64,000 nt of DNA, taken from positions 124,001-188,000 of the IMG/VR virus record IMGVR_UViG_3300032242_003291. The stretch is one strand, 5' to 3'. Shown here piece after piece: positions 62,589-64,000 of the stretch. The notes beneath the pieces were generated by a model that saw only the letters and a list, made by a program, of their open reading frames with translations, had not been told where the DNA came from and did not search any database. Position 1 is the stretch's first letter; each line of letters starts with the position of its first letter. The translations under genes and the position numbers were made by a program.

Positions 62589-62717
62589 ATGGCAAAAGCA
62601 AAATCGTCAGGAGAATCAAGAAAGGTAACTTTCGGTAAAAGAAAAACAGGAGCAGCTAAAAAGACTTACAACAAACATTCTCCAAGACCAAAAGCTTACA
62701 AAGGTCAAGGAAGATAA
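62589..62717 (+). CDS. 42-aa very basic peptide ending YKGQGR (below ORF-track cutoff)
   Basis: MAKAKSSGESRKVTFGKRKTGAAKKTYNKHSPRPKAYKGQGR; TATTTAT upstream. Confidence 0.75.
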   Translation: MAKAKSSGESRKVTFGKRKTGAAKKTYNKHSPRPKAYKGQGR

Positions 62718-62753
62718 TCTTCAAAACACAAATTAATTTGCTATATTTTTATC

Positions 62754-63041
62754 ATGTTAGATAAGAAAAGGAGAATCTTTCGCCTGATTGAAAATTATAT
62801 CAACGATTATCAGGGTAACGCTGTACAAACTTTGTATGGTAAAGGAGCTCATATCAAAATTCATAACATAAATTTTTCAGTAACTCAAAAATCAATTTTG
62901 ATGAAGGCCGTTATTATCTTAGGTGAATTAATCAACGAAGAAGTAATGGATAGGACTCTTGCTGATATACTAATTAACGACGCAATGACCTATTTTTATC
63001 CCGAATGTTCCGTAAAAACTTATATTAGATTTGATGTATAA
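62754..63041 (+). CDS. Hypothetical protein
   Basis: 95-aa ORF. Confidence 0.6.
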   Translation: MLDKKRRIFRLIENYINDYQGNAVQTLYGKGAHIKIHNINFSVTQKSILMKAVIILGELINEEVMDRTLADILINDAMTYFYPECSVKTYIRFDV

Positions 63042-63079
63042 TTTTTGGTGAATTCACACAAAAATAATATCTTTGTATT

Positions 63080-63556
63080 ATGAAAAGAATATTATACATT
63101 TTAATACCGTTACTATTTTTATCTTTTACAAAACCATTTTATATCCGTTATAAAGTTTTGTTCACATTAGAAAATTTCACAATATCGGGTAAAAAAGTGG
63201 AAAATATTAAACCAATTTTATATGAAGTTTTAGATAACACTACAGATGATTTATCGTTTAGTTTACATAGTAAAATTTCAGACATCAAAAGTAGTAAGAA
63301 AGCAAATTGTATTGGTTATACCAAATATTATAATTCTAAATTAATCGAGAAGTTGAAAGAAAAAGGGATTGGAAATATCACAATTTCACATGCTAGAGTT
63401 AAAATATTATTGTTTGGTGTTAATATTCACGTATTTAATTCAAACTCTTGGAAAGACCACGACGTATCTGTTGTAAAAAATAACACGACAGGAGATGTCT
63501 ATTATGTAGACCCAAGTCTGTCTGAGGTATTTGGAGATATAATTGTTAAACAGTGA
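63080..63556 (+). CDS. Exported protein, possible transglutaminase-like (Cys-His-Asp) fold
   Basis: Signal peptide; NCIGY…DHD…YYVDPS. Confidence 0.45.
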   Translation: MKRILYILIPLLFLSFTKPFYIRYKVLFTLENFTISGKKVENIKPILYEVLDNTTDDLSFSLHSKISDIKSSKKANCIGYTKYYNSKLIEKLKEKGIGNITISHARVKILLFGVNIHVFNSNSWKDHDVSVVKNNTTGDVYYVDPSLSEVFGDIIVKQ

Positions 63557-64000
63557 TATTGACAGGATAACCAGGGTATCCATCTCCTTCTTTGAAGGCA
63601 ACTGCATTTCTCACAACACTATATAAAGTTCCTTTACCAGTAAAATAACCCGATAATGCATCTGTGAAATTTTGCATAATTTTTTCTTTTGGTAATCCAA
63701 CACTGTTAAAATCATAGTTGTCTCTTACAGTTACAGATGTTTTGTCTGGGGACACTTTGATTGCTGGTGGGTCAACTTCCCCTAACGTATACATAAACTC
63801 ACCCGCTAAACCAGGGTCGAATAGACTTCCTTGACCCGATGATTTCAAATTTTGGCTTTCTTTTTCAGAACCAGTGGCTGTCATTGCTGTTGGTAAATTT
63901 CCAGCACCTATTGACTTCCAAAGAGGATAAGTTAATCCTTTTTTAGCATTTGCTATTGCAACGCTTTTAAGAAATTCTTGTTCTTTTCTTGTTAAATCGG
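63546..64000 (-). CDS. Hypothetical protein, 5' end outside window
   Basis: Frame of track ORF 63546..63884 stays open to the window edge. Confidence 0.65.
   Translation of the reverse strand, partial: DLTRKEQEFLKSVAIANAKKGLTYPLWKSIGAGNLPTAMTATGSEKESQNLKSSGQGSLFDPGLAGEFMYTLGEVDPPAIKVSPDKTSVTVRDNYDFNSVGLPKEKIMQNFTDALSGYFTGKGTLYSVVRNAVAFKEGDGYPGYPVNITV

Noticed and set aside
1-64000. CRISPR array, stop-codon recoding, suppressor tRNA, rRNA
   Set aside because: No repeat-spacer array or rRNA seen; conserved genes are full length in code 11 with all three stops used; no CUA/UCA/UUA-anticodon tRNA found

Overview
A 64-kb, AT-rich, densely coding segment that reads as part of a very large lytic phage genome, most likely infecting Bacteroidota. 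The host inference rests on TAnnTTTG/TTTG promoters, A-rich starts without Shine-Dalgarno sequences and Bacteroidota-style lipoproteins. Genes read normally in code 11. Contents: about 20 tRNA genes (two minus-strand runs at 7.6-10.1 kb and 14.1-14.9 kb, plus Leu, Arg and Ser singles), three HNH endonucleases, an RNA end-healing/ligation set, ThyA, ClpP, a carbamoyltransferase, 2OG-Fe(II) oxygenases, redox enzymes, a GH19 endolysin, a late operon of exported cohesin/dockerin/CsgG-like proteins and a family of Pro/Thr-linker fibre-like proteins. Most notable: each tRNA run is preceded by an unannotated 31-32-codon leader ORF and an intrinsic terminator. Each leader is built largely from codons read by the tRNAs directly downstream, and codons 25-27 of both (AGT TCA GAn) can pair with the terminator 5' arm. 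This looks like a ribosome-mediated attenuator that senses the tRNA pool and controls phage tRNA supply. The tRNA runs also carry several pseudoknotted non-tRNA RNAs, including a covarying pseudoknot behind both tRNA-Gly genes. Family names are recognised by eye from motifs, not from database searches, and RNA structures were paired by hand.
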